Assembly (NCBI GenBank): GCA_963796965.1
Contig: CAWCNS010000007.1
Location: 480,001-544,000 of the forward strand
DNA: 64,000 nt
Source: Calditrichia bacterium
GTDB lineage: Bacteria; Calditrichota; Calditrichia; JAJRVZ01
Direction: 5' to 3'
The notes beneath the pieces were generated by a model. The model had not been told where the DNA came from. It did no database searches and worked only from the letters and a program-made list of their open reading frames with translations. This document shows, in pieces, positions 41,454-51,724 of this stretch (positions are counted from its first letter, which is position 1; the number at the start of each line of letters is the position of its first letter). The translations under genes and the position numbers were made by a program.

Positions 41454-44400
41454 TTAAAATTTTACAGGTACCCGATTAGCAGAAATGATCCGGACAGGGC
41501 CTAACAATCCTGAAATGCGTGGTTGATCGTTTTTAGTAAATTTATGGATATTGGTTCGCGTAAAGCGCTTCTCTTCCGGCAAAAATTGATCACCGATCAA
41601 TCGGTTTGGCCATAAATTGGTTACCCGGATAACGAGATTATTCTCACCAGATTTAAGTTTACCGGTTATTTCTGCTCTAAATGGCGGCATCCATAACACA
41701 CCTGTAGATTTTCCATTTACAATAACCTCAGCCATATCCTGGACATTACCCAACTCCAAATAATGTCGGTCAGCAGTGAGAAATTTATCCAAAACTACTA
41801 TTTTCTTTGTATAGGTGACCGTTCCTGAGAAATATTTAATTGCGGGTATAGACGATACTGTCCAGGATTGTAGTTTATCCCAGCTGACAGTTTCCGGTGC
41901 CCCCCATCCTTCCGGAAAATTCAATTGCCACTCCCCTTCTATAGCCACCGCCTCTGGCGGCTCATCGACCTGAATAGTTTTCGTTTTTCCATCAACACTT
42001 GTCAGCTCGTACTCTCCACCTTCATAAGTTTCCAGCCAGAACCCATCATTATTATTTATCAGGGTGGCACCTTTTCGCACCGCGATTCCTTTAGAAAGGG
42101 GGAAGAGACTTTGCTCATTCCATTTCATTGAAGAAATCGGTGCGGTAGTACTCTCTTCGCGAAAGATAACGAATGCTGATCCTTCCGGACCTAGATTAAG
42201 CGGAACCGTGATGCGTCCCTCCTTTTCCCTGTAAAGTGTAATTTTCTTTGTAGACCCAGTCAAAGGATCCCAAATTTCCGGCACTTTTCCTTTAACTCTG
42301 AACTGGCAATCCACCCGTTCATACCGATCCGGAAGATCGGTCAGGTAGCGATATTTGGTATCATAAATGCCTTGCCGGGCCAAACGATTAACCACAAAAT
42401 AAATATCCGTATTCTCCACACGTCGATGGATATAATCCAGATCACTGCTATCCTGAACGCTGACAAAACCAAAATCGGGAAGAATGCCATCAGTCAATAA
42501 TATCTCACGCAAGTTCATTCCCCAGAAGATCCTTCCCTTGCCATATGGGTTTTCCTTCACCGTCTGCCCGTCACAAGGGCCCCACAAACGATTGGCTATT
42601 TTAACAACCTCTGCTTCCGAATTTGGAAAATCATACAAACCGGTTGAGGTTTTCGGTTTTGGACCTACCACCCTAGCACCAGCCTGGACCAATTGTTCAA
42701 CCCTCTGTAAAACTTCCAAAGAAATCGCCTCTCGCTCCGGTAAGCGAAGAAGATGATAACTCATACCATCGGGTAGAATTATCCGGCCGTTTTTTACCCC
42801 CATACGCTCGAGAAGGACTTCAGCATTACATTCATCATAATCATATCCGGGTCCGAGTTCCTTTATGATCTGTTTCCGTGAAACAAAATTAGGGACATCG
42901 TCACCATAATAGACACAGACATCGGCCTGAAAAAGTCCCTGGCTGAGAAGAAAAGATGTTCGGGAAAGATATTCAACAAAAGACTTTGACTGATCCCACC
43001 AGGTGGTATTTGGATTGAGGTGGGTGCCGGCAAAATATTCATTTCCTGGCAGGCCAAACTCCTCTGGTGAACTTGTAAAACAATGCCAGAAAAAACGATT
43101 GATACCTTCACAAAAATTTCGATCAAAAACACTTTTTAAATCCCTGGGCGCGCGTTCCCATTGGGGCCCAATAGTGGTTGGTCCCTCCCCGGCCACAAAC
43201 CGCTTTCCATAAATATGAGCAGCTGAAGCACTTTGCTTGATAAATAAACGGTCATCTTCCCGAACCCTATGTGTATTCGATCTGGCCCAGAATTCACCCA
43301 CAGGAAAATCGTTTCGCCCCAGACATTTAAGGCCATCAATGGGCGCAGAATGAGGACCTCCCGACTCCGGATGAATCCCTAAACTCCGCTCGTGAGCCAA
43401 ACGGGCAAATTGGGCATACATGCGGTCGGCGATACAATCACCAACTGTTTTACGATAATCATATAAAAAACGGTTAGAGACCTCTCTATTATCCACTATG
43501 CGACCAGCCAGTACAGATAAATATGGTAGTGGATCATAACCACGCATAGTGATAAAATCTTCGCGGAAGTTTTTTGTCCAATTGACTAATCCCATCTCCC
43601 AGCTATCCGTATGGAGGTATTTCAAAGATTTACCTACCCAATCACCCGCTGATGATAAAATTGGATCAACCACATCTCTAAAATAATTCTCCAGGGCAGC
43701 TGTACTGAGGTGGTCAAAAGATAAGCCCTGGTAACCATCACTACCGGTACTTACATGGGCTCCGGTTAAAATATATCCAAATCGCAAAACCACCCATTCC
43801 CCCGATGGAACATCCCAGTGCAGCCGTCCCTTCTCATCCAGATGTGTACTTAGGTCAATGAGAGAAGCCTGAGATAAATCGGCTTCTTCAGACTTAGATA
43901 TTTCCTGCTCTCTGAGCATGAATAAGGGATAAGCACCGCCACCACGGAATTGCTTGTTCAGTGATTTATAGACCCAGTTTTTTATAGGCCGGGGCTTTTC
44001 TTCATATTTCTTTCGGTATGCCTGAATCGCAATATCATGATAATTTTTTCCGACAGCCTTTGGAAGAGTATCTGTAAAACTAGTTGGTCCGGTTATTGTT
44101 TTTTCGCTCCAGACAATTTTTTTCATGGCATCTTCAGGTGTAACTGACGGTCCACCCGGATTCCAACCACTTTGAATATTTAAACTTATGTCAAGCTCAA
44201 GACGATTGGCTTCTTTGAGGGCATGAACAAACAATACCTTCCATTCCTCACTGCCAAAAACCGGACCGGCGGGAGTTTTGTATGCAATCTTATAGCTGGA
44301 GGAACCAGCGTCAAACAATAACGCACCACCAAAGCCTTTATCTTTTAGTTCTTCCAGATCCCGAGTGATACTCTCTTTGGTAGCCATCGAATTGAGCCAC

Positions 44401-44582
44401 CACCAAAAAACGCGCGGTCTGCTGTCAAGCGGTGGATTTATGAAGCCCTGATCAAGATTTTCCGTAATGGTGATTTGCGTTTCATCAACATTTCTTTTGT
44501 CACTATAATCTCCATAACATCCAAATAACATATTGATGATAAGAGCCATCAACAGGTATGACAGTAATATTTGTATGTTCAT
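41454..44582 (-). CDS. GH106 family glycoside hydrolase (alpha-L-rhamnosidase-like), probable lipoprotein
   Basis: RPRVFWWW, ITRDLE, SGWNPGGP, HTDSWE, GEFW, SAAHIYG and C-terminal NLWPNRLIGD...SGLLGPV. Confidence 0.88.
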   Translation of the reverse strand: MNIQILLSYLLMALIINMLFGCYGDYSDKRNVDETQITITENLDQGFINPPLDSRPRVFWWWLNSMATKESITRDLEELKDKGFGGALLFDAGSSSYKIAYKTPAGPVFGSEEWKVLFVHALKEANRLELDISLNIQSGWNPGGPSVTPEDAMKKIVWSEKTITGPTSFTDTLPKAVGKNYHDIAIQAYRKKYEEKPRPIKNWVYKSLNKQFRGGGAYPLFMLREQEISKSEEADLSQASLIDLSTHLDEKGRLHWDVPSGEWVVLRFGYILTGAHVSTGSDGYQGLSFDHLSTAALENYFRDVVDPILSSAGDWVGKSLKYLHTDSWEMGLVNWTKNFREDFITMRGYDPLPYLSVLAGRIVDNREVSNRFLYDYRKTVGDCIADRMYAQFARLAHERSLGIHPESGGPHSAPIDGLKCLGRNDFPVGEFWARSNTHRVREDDRLFIKQSASAAHIYGKRFVAGEGPTTIGPQWERAPRDLKSVFDRNFCEGINRFFWHCFTSSPEEFGLPGNEYFAGTHLNPNTTWWDQSKSFVEYLSRTSFLLSQGLFQADVCVYYGDDVPNFVSRKQIIKELGPGYDYDECNAEVLLERMGVKNGRIILPDGMSYHLLRLPEREAISLEVLQRVEQLVQAGARVVGPKPKTSTGLYDFPNSEAEVVKIANRLWGPCDGQTVKENPYGKGRIFWGMNLREILLTDGILPDFGFVSVQDSSDLDYIHRRVENTDIYFVVNRLARQGIYDTKYRYLTDLPDRYERVDCQFRVKGKVPEIWDPLTGSTKKITLYREKEGRITVPLNLGPEGSAFVIFREESTTAPISSMKWNEQSLFPLSKGIAVRKGATLINNNDGFWLETYEGGEYELTSVDGKTKTIQVDEPPEAVAIEGEWQLNFPEGWGAPETVSWDKLQSWTVSSIPAIKYFSGTVTYTKKIVVLDKFLTADRHYLELGNVQDMAEVIVNGKSTGVLWMPPFRAEITGKLKSGENNLVIRVTNLWPNRLIGDQFLPEEKRFTRTNIHKFTKNDQPRISGLLGPVRIISANRVPVKF

Positions 44583-44660
44583 TTAAACCCGCTCCTAAAT
44601 CATTATACTGGTGGTTTAAAATGTAGCGACGCGATTATGAGGCTCAATAAAAAAGCATAT

Positions 44661-44784
44661 AACCGCGGAAATACACAGAGGTTCACGGAATTTATATATT
44701 TAGAAAAATGCATTTTTTAACAATTATGTCCATTTCTCATCTCCAAGATAATAGATCCGTGATATTCCGTGTAAATCCGTGGTT
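44661..44784. repeat. CACGGA/TCCGTG trimer inverted-repeat element
   Basis: AACCGCGGAAATACACAGAGGTTCACGGAA ... ATCCGTGATATTCCGTGTAAATCCGTGGTT. Confidence 0.7.
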
Positions 44785-44959
44785 GAATTATTATTTTCAC
44801 ATAACCTCCTATTTGCATCTATACAAAAATAATGCAATCTCCAGATTGAATTATCTTCTTTCTGCTCAGAACCAAGTGGCGGGTTTCCAGTATCCGAGAC
44901 TTGGCTAAAACCATAAGATCAACTTAATCTTAAGATACATATTAGAATAAATTTTCATA

Positions 44960-45043
44960 TAACCCTTTCAGGGTTACTTTATTTGAGGTAATATTCACCG
45001 TGGGCGTTGCCCACGGCTATTATCTTTTGCGGCCCTTCAGGGC
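44960..45043. repeat. REP-like triple-hairpin element
   Basis: TAACCCTTTCAGGGTTA ... CCGTGGGCGTTGCCCACGG ... GCCCTTCAGGGC. Confidence 0.65.
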
Positions 45044-45368
45044 ATATTGTTAATTATCAATCCAAATGCACCTGCCTCAAATGGCCGTCTGAAGTAAGTA
45101 CCTTGCCTCAGCGCATTTTGGTGTTCCCCTCTTTCAGTAGATTTTTCAACCCAGAATCCAGAGCCAAGTACCCAGTATCAAGCAGATAATATACAAATAT
45201 TTACTCAATTCCAAACTAAACCATCCTTTCACGATAATATTCCAAACGAAGACTTTATAATAGATCTTTTTATTTTAAACTTTTATCGTTCTCAAACGAT
45301 AATAGAATAAGAGTAATCTATTTAAGTCTATTTCATCCAGAAAAGAATTTTAATTCGGAAAGGTTTTT

Positions 45369-45731
45369 ATGGAAAAAGAGACTGTCGATCTCCGAGATAT
45401 TATTTTGATGATAAAAGAACAAAAGCAGATGGAAGCTAATCTTGCATTAGAGTTTGATTGTACTATCGAGACCGCTGATGTGAAACCATTGATAAAGGTA
45501 ATCAATTATGCGATAAACTATATAAACCAACTAACATATCAGCCCCAGCAAATTTCTTTAAATGCCAGTATGAGTGGCATTACCATTGGATTTACAACAT
45601 TTACAGACGTAGTGGATTTACCTCCTATAAATTCGCAGGTAAATGAAGCTTTAGAATCTTACAACGCTGTTCTGGAACAAAAAGGCGAATCCGGTAAATA
45701 TACACAACTATTGATAATCTTTAAGAAATAA
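45369..45731 (+). CDS. Hypothetical protein
   Basis: 120-aa ORF with plausible RBS; no family recognised. Confidence 0.6.
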   Translation: MEKETVDLRDIILMIKEQKQMEANLALEFDCTIETADVKPLIKVINYAINYINQLTYQPQQISLNASMSGITIGFTTFTDVVDLPPINSQVNEALESYNAVLEQKGESGKYTQLLIIFKK

Positions 45732-45876
45732 GATTAATTTAGTCGCCAATATAACTATTGGCTATTGCCAGGCGATATAGTCTTGTTCCTTCTTAATTTT
45801 GTCTTTATTATGTATTAACTGACTTAGAATAATTGTTTTCTTGCCCTGTAAATTAAAATCATAATGCAAATCTTAT

Positions 45877-46053
45877 TTAACACAGAGAGACGCTGAGAAC
45901 GCTGAGTTCCGCAGAATATATTTTAATTCTTCTATATCTTTAAAAGCCCGATGTATTCCCTCTTTTAAAAGCACATTTGTAACATTCTCAGATATATCAA
46001 GTTGACAAAAATATTTAATATTTACTTTGCGTCCTCTGCGATCTCCGCGTTAA
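45877..46053. repeat. CGCAGAG/CTCTGCG trimer inverted-repeat element
   Basis: TTAACACAGAGAGACGCTGAGAACGCTGAG..CGCAGA ... CTTTGCGTCCTCTGCGATCTCCGCGTTAA. Confidence 0.7.
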
Positions 46054-46099
46054 TAAATTATTCTATATTTTAATTGAAGATAAAACTTTTGTCACAGAC

Positions 46100-46627
46100 T
46101 TATTTGTCAGATAATTTTCTCAGACGATTAAAGAATTCATTTCTTATTTTTTCAATTTGCAATGCTTCTTTGTAGCCCATTATCGCCTGGTCCTGATGTT
46201 TAAACCTTTCTGGCTCTACCTGTAAGGCATATGAATTAACCTGCCTTTCCCAAAACCATGCAGCACTACAAAACTGGATATTTTCCGGACTAAGAACGGT
46301 GATCTTCTTCAAAGATTCCAACAAATGCCTTCCGACATCACTCTTCTCAATACAGAAACAAATATAGGCAATCCTGTACGTCACTTCAGTAAGGGAATCG
46401 GTGAGTGGCAGGGGCTCCAGGTTATGAATATCCTTCTGTCCTTTATATACAAAATGTCCATAGCAACATTGTAGAGTAAAACAGCAGGGCAATTTATTAA
46501 AGCCATTAATTAAATCGACTAATGGCGCTTCAATCATGTCATTGTTGAGGCTTTGAATACTTCTTTGTCTTTGCTCATGAAAATCTGGATTATTTACTAA
46601 TTCTTGAGGTTCAATGAAAGTCTCCAT
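46100..46627 (-). CDS. Hypothetical protein with Cys-rich T..CC.GH motif
   Basis: 175 aa from METFIEP; LVDLINGFNKLPCCFTLQCCYGHF; starts 1 bp after the mlaF-like stop. Confidence 0.65.
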   Translation of the reverse strand: METFIEPQELVNNPDFHEQRQRSIQSLNNDMIEAPLVDLINGFNKLPCCFTLQCCYGHFVYKGQKDIHNLEPLPLTDSLTEVTYRIAYICFCIEKSDVGRHLLESLKKITVLSPENIQFCSAAWFWERQVNSYALQVEPERFKHQDQAIMGYKEALQIEKIRNEFFNRLRKLSDK

Positions 46628-46628
46628 G

Positions 46629-47381
46629 CTATTCCTTCCCCTTACCTTTGGCCTTACTAAAGAACTCGGCAATGGGAGGATGTTTTGATTCTAATGCAGT
46701 GGCAAGGTCTCCTTGAAAAATAACCTGGCCCTGTTCGAGAAAAATAATACGATCCGCTAATCGATAAATACTTGACACCTCATGTGTCACCATGATGATC
46801 GTTGTGTCCAGTTGTTCCTTCAACTGGAGGATCAATGTATCCAAAGATTCCAAAGTAACAGGATCTAAACCGGCCGAGGGTTCATCACAAAAAAGTAAGG
46901 GAGGATCAAGAGCCATGGCCCGGGCAAGCGCTGCTCTTTTGCGCATACCACCGGATAGTTGTGAAGGGAGTTGATTGCCAGCAGATGCCAAGCCCACGAG
47001 ATTTAATTTCATATATATGAGTCTTTTAATTAATTCCTCATTTAAACTCGTATGCTGTTCAAGCGGGATAGCAATATTTTCAGCAACAGTAAGCGAATTC
47101 AACAAGGCCCCATTCTGGAATAATACGCCCATTTGAAGCCGCAACTGATCTAACTCTTTTTCATCACAATCATCCAGCTCTTTCCCCATAATTGAGATGC
47201 TGCCCTCTTGTAAGGGATATAAACCGAGAATATGCTTAAGTGTAACTGTTTTTCCGCTTCCACTTTTTCCTAATATCACTGTAATCTCATTCTCAAAAGC
47301 AGAGAATGAAATATCTTTCAAAATTTGCTTATCTCCGAATGAGGTTGATAAATTTTCAACTTTAATGATTTCAGATCTCAT
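46629..47381 (-). CDS. mlaF: MlaF-type ABC transporter ATP-binding protein
   Basis: GKSGSGKT, GVLFQNGALL, LSGGMRKRAALARA, CDEPSAGLDP and VTHE. Confidence 0.9.
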   Translation of the reverse strand: MRSEIIKVENLSTSFGDKQILKDISFSAFENEITVILGKSGSGKTVTLKHILGLYPLQEGSISIMGKELDDCDEKELDQLRLQMGVLFQNGALLNSLTVAENIAIPLEQHTSLNEELIKRLIYMKLNLVGLASAGNQLPSQLSGGMRKRAALARAMALDPPLLFCDEPSAGLDPVTLESLDTLILQLKEQLDTTIIMVTHEVSSIYRLADRIIFLEQGQVIFQGDLATALESKHPPIAEFFSKAKGKGKE

Positions 47382-47463
47382 TGAGTCACACAACTTCAAC
47401 TTATTTTATTCTGAGTCATATCTACCCTATCTCTCGCAAAGCCGCTAAGACGCAAAGACTTTT

Positions 47464-47546
47464 ATCCACTAATTTCACGAATTTCCACGAATTAAAAATC
47501 AAAAATTTATATATTTTTCCTTCGTGTTCTCCGTATGCTCTGTGCT
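47464..47546. repeat. CACGAA/TTCGTG trimer element inside the mla operon
   Basis: ATCCACTAATTTCACGAATTTCCACGAA ... TTCGTGTTCTCCGTATGCTCTGTG; preceded by CGCAAAG..CGCTAAG..CGCAAAG. Confidence 0.6.
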
Positions 47547-47584
47547 GAATACGATGAGGTATTATCCTTTGCTAAGTGTCCATG

Positions 47585-48710
47585 TTAATAAAATATTAAA
47601 CCAAGGATACTATCAGCCAGGATAACAAGAAAGATTGACGTCACAACCGCTGCCGTTGTATATCGGCCCACAGCCTCTGAGCCGCCTTTCACATGAAAAC
47701 CAAAGTAACTTCCCGTTTGCACAATGAGAACGGCAAAGATAATACTCTTAAAAGTACCGGTAAAAATGTCCTTTGTAAACAACACTGTAGCCATTCTATT
47801 ATAAAAGGTCATAACTGAGATATCAAGATAGAAGTAGGAGACGATCATGCCTCCGAGAATGCCCATAAAATCAGCTAGTATGGTTAAAAACGGCAATGTG
47901 AAGACGCTTGCATACATTTTTGGGACGACTACATAACGTACCGGGTTGAGGGCCATAGATTTAAGGGCATCGATCTCCTCTGTAATTACCATTGTACCCA
48001 CTTCAGAAGCAATGGCAGAACCACTCCGTCCTGCAATCATAATTGCCGTAATCAGAGGTCCCATTTCACGGGTCATGGCGATGACGGTCAAATCCACGAT
48101 AAATATATTTGCCCCAAACTGTCGTAGTTGGGCAGCCGATTGTAAAGCGAGTACCAGGCCGATTAACAAGGCTATCAATCCAACAATAGGGACGGCATTA
48201 ACACCAATAATCACCGCCTGATTAACCGATTCTCCTTTGCGGCGTGCTTTATCGTGACCAAAGAAATCAGTCAATGACCAATAAAACAAGTCTGCCAGTA
48301 GGTAAATATAATCGCGAAGAACCACATTTAGAAAATGAAACCCATGTTCACCTATTCTTTCAAAATAATTTTCTTTCTTAGAAATATCCTGCTTTTCAGG
48401 GTGGGTTGCAGAGAATGTGTCAATACTCATCTGAATCTTCTCGGGCACATTTACAAGCTCAACTTTTTTATCTTTATCTTTCAGTACCTGGGCAATATGC
48501 TGCAGAAAGGCAACACCCGCACTATCAATTTCCTTCAAGTTTATCAGATCAATAACCAAATTATCATTTTTATAATTTAATATGGCATGTAATAAATCGT
48601 TATTGTCCGCGTCAATCTCTTTAATAGTAAGAGAATTGGAGAGTTTTAATAAAGTGTTTTCCCATTGATAACTGAAGAGAAGAATTCTGTGCTGAATTTT
48701 GCGAGATCAT
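47585..48710 (-). CDS. mlaE: MlaE-type permease with N-terminal STAS-like domain, frameshift near 48680
   Basis: IDSAG (STAS), REMGPLITAIMIAGRSGSAIASEVGTM...EEIDAL and GGSEAVGRYTTAAVV; ATG 48710 is one base out of frame. Confidence 0.88.
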
Positions 48711-48724
48711 AAGGACCAATTCAA

Positions 48725-49358
48725 TCAGTCTTTTTGGGCGGGTACAGGCTGATTCTTATTTTCAAAATAAGATCTAATTTTTGTAATAAAATTCTGAGCC
48801 TCTTCCTGATAGATAACACTCAATTCTGAGGCAAAGAGATTAAGATCACGGCTTTCCAAATCTTTGGTTCTTTCAAATTTATACGTTACGATTGTTTTCG
48901 CATTTTCATATTCAATTAAATCAAAACTCATCTCCAAATGCGCATAAAACAGATCTCCGTTATCCAATGCCTCAAGATTATACACCTGGGGTAATATCTG
49001 ATAATCAGGGATTTGTTTTAGAAATCCGCTTTTACTTGAGGTGAAGATCTGGGACATTTGTAACTGATGCTCTAAGTAGAGAAGTTAAATTTTCAGAAGG
49101 ATTCATTGCCCAGTAATGATATTGGTAATAACTAATTTCATGACTTTGCTTTCGAACAGCTATCTGTGTTTTAGCGTAAGCAGGAGGAACCTTTGTATCC
49201 AGAATCTCACATATGCCTTCAACCTGTTCTGACTGCAGGGTATTATAGTCCCCCTTTGCTGGCAATTCAAGAATATAATAATGACGGACTAAAACTCTCT
49301 CACCACAAGATAGAATTCCAATAATAATAAAAAACAAAGCAAATAATGATAGTTTCAT
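48725..49358 (-). CDS. PqiC-like ABC transport auxiliary lipoprotein, frameshift near 49050
   Basis: Lipobox ILSC, HYYILE and YYQYHYWAMNP; position between the MCE and permease genes. Confidence 0.72.
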
Positions 49359-49362
49359 ATGC

Positions 49363-50347
49363 CTACCTGTCTAAATCCTCATCTGGTATATCCTGATATT
49401 TTGAGCCACGCAACAATAAAGATGGGTCTTCATTTATCATTCGCGCTGCTTCCTCCAGATGTTCCAGAGTTGAGCGCATTTTTTGCAGACTAATAAAAAG
49501 GTTGTCTCTACCTTTTTCCATATCGTAATCTACAATCTTTAAGATCTGATTAGTGCGGTCTAATGTAACTGCAAATTCTTCAATTATCAGATCCAGATCC
49601 GCTTTTCTCAAGACTTTTTGTCACTTTGTTTACATTTGATAATATTTCACTCAAAGTATCTGACAATGATACATTTTGCATGGTTTCTGACGTAGGTAAC
49701 AAAAATTGCGTGATTGTATCAAGACGCGCACCAGTAATTTTTGCCTGGGTTACAATATCGCGGAGATCACGCCGGTTTTCCCGAAGGAGCAAATCCAATT
49801 CTTCAAAGGTTTTGTTCGCATTTGCGGCCAGATCAATAATTTTATTCAGATTCTCGGGTTTAGAAAAAGTATTCAGATTATTGATTAAAAGTTCGACTTT
49901 CTCCATGATTATTTCAGCCTTACCGGTAATCAATTCAGATATCGATCCACCCGCTGGGATGTATTCACCAGGATTCAGAAGTTCAGAAGCGCTGCTCCCG
50001 CCCCGAATCTCGATCATTTTGAGACCGGTAATCCCGATCATTTCAATGTCAGCATAGGCATCTTTTTTTATGGGTGTTCCCTCTTTCACCGCGATTTCGA
50101 CCTTTATTCGGCTTATATCATCTACATCTATTTGAATATCCTTGATGGTTCCTACACCAAGCCCTAAGTATTTAACCGGAGAACCGACCTCCAAACCACT
50201 AACAGATATATCTTTATAAGAAATTAAATAGATATCTTGTTTTTTTAGAAATTGCTGGCTTCCAATAATAACAAGTAATGCAGTAAGCATTAAGATAACC
50301 AAAAGAACGAAGACACCAAGACGGCGTTTTTGAGACTTAGTTGGCAT
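49363..50347 (-). CDS. mlaD: MlaD/MCE family substrate-binding protein, frameshift near 49605
   Basis: N-terminal TM, SVSGLEVGSPVKYLGLGVG, GITGLKMIEIRGG, helical tail ending INEDPSLLLRG. Confidence 0.87.
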
Positions 50348-50529
50348 TCAGATAATCCCTGATAATTATTAATTAAATATACAATTGATATTACAACCCT
50401 GCAATTGATAATATCAAATTCAATAAACAATGGAATTTCTGTAATCGATTTTTCTATAAAATATGTAGGAGATATAAATGAAATCTTGGTGGTAGTCTCT
50501 AAAAAAATAGAAAAAGGTTAGAATTGAAA

Positions 50530-50849
50530 CTATAACGGTGCAATAATGCAATAATTGAAGAATAAATTGGGGTATTTAGACAGTCTTTCTTTTGCCTTAT
50601 TTATCCAGTAAGCAGATGTATCCATACAGGTCACATGTCCTTCACGGTTTAAAATTTTAATTAGACATGCGGCACCGCCCCGCCTCCACATCCGAAATCA
50701 AGAATATTTTCATTTCCCTTCAGCCCAAGGGTTTCAATATAGGGATTATAAAATACCCTACAGCCGATTAAATGTTTCAACATATCTTCCAAAACGAATA
50801 AGAACGAGGGATTATTAAAATCAACCCGGGTAAATTTATATTCGTTCAT
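50530..50849 (-). pseudogene. Truncated, frameshifted class I SAM methyltransferase
   Basis: ILDFGCGGG, then a shifted frame giving LIKILNREGHVTCMDTSAYWINKAKERL; no C-terminal half follows. Confidence 0.6.
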
Positions 50850-50979
50850 AACTACAAATTTCTCCCAACTTTGACTATCAAATCATTAATATATCTTCAG
50901 GCAACGCATATTACCTGGCACAAAAACCTTTCCGGGATTTTTTTAATAGTTAGTATCATTTGATACTATTTCTACAGAA

Positions 50980-51307
50980 TCATTTTTTATCCTCTGATTT
51001 CCTGTTTTTTAAGCGGTTAATTTCTTCCTGGATCTGTTTCAGTTCATTTTCATAATATTTCACCTGGTCATGCAATAATTCTATATCATCTTCCGGAGAT
51101 AGCTCAGTCGAATTTCTCATAAATCCCTGTCTTCAACCCCTGCCTGGCATACCAGAGGCAAAAAATCGATTTCGCCAGCCCCTGCCAAATCCACCAAGTC
51201 CCCAAAACCGGGAACGGATATTCGTTTCAGACGTATCACATTGGCCTTGACCCCAACCGGTCATGGCCCCCTGGCCCCTTGGGCCTGTTTCTATCATAAC
51301 CTGGCAT
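50980..51307 (-). pseudogene. DUF5320 family protein with a frameshift near 51288 and an in-frame TGA at 51133-51135
   Basis: MPGYD(R)TGPRGQGAMTGWGQGQC...GRGWRNRF...GMPGRG*RQGF...coiled coil ELKQIQEEINRL; GGAGG RBS. Confidence 0.72.
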
Positions 51308-51393
51308 CTTAAAGTCCTCCTGATTTTATGGTTTATCAATTAATTATTCTTATGTAAATCTATACCTCCAACTATTTATTCTACAATAGTATC

Positions 51394-51410
51394 ATCAAAA
51401 ATGAAGCCAA
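51394..51410 (-). promoter_or_regulatory. Putative sigma-54 (-24/-12) promoter for the DUF5320 unit
   Basis: Minus strand TTGGCTTCATTTTTGAT = GG-N10-GA. Confidence 0.55.
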
Positions 51411-51475
51411 ACATGATAAAAGGCTTATCTTACTGTTTTTATTATTTTTATGCTTTATTCCATATATATTACTGA

Positions 51476-51520
51476 TTGCACTATTAAAAATATGGTCAAT
51501 TCCCAATTGCAATATTGCAA
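51476..51520. promoter_or_regulatory. Putative enhancer boxes (TTGCA-N4-TGCAA)
   Basis: Degenerate TTGCACTATTAAAA (51476-51489) and perfect TTGCAATATTGCAA (51507-51520). Confidence 0.55.
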
Positions 51521-51724
51521 TTAATTACTGATTACGATGCCTCTGCGTGGTAAAAAAAAGATAGGTTATAAATTTAGTGATGATAGTTGTAGTCCATCTT
51601 AGAGATGAACTACAACTTGATAGAATGCCTATTCGAATGTAGTGGCGACCCTGGACGGTCGGACACTTATTCCGATATCAAGGCCTTTTATACCACAGAA
51701 GCGGTTGGAAAAGGGATTTATTAA

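Noticed and set aside
50860..50980. Possible ferredoxin remnant between DUF5320 and the methyltransferase fragment
   Set aside because: Only scattered Cys codons with several stops; too degraded to support.
51133..51135. Second selenocysteine codon in DUF5320
   Set aside because: Context GRG*R matches a Trp position, there is no convincing downstream hairpin, and the neighbourhood shows decay.
51641..51668. Minus-strand CCGTCCAGGGTCGCCA resembling a tRNA 3' end or att site
   Set aside because: No T-loop GTTCRA, no cloverleaf upstream and no integrase in the window.
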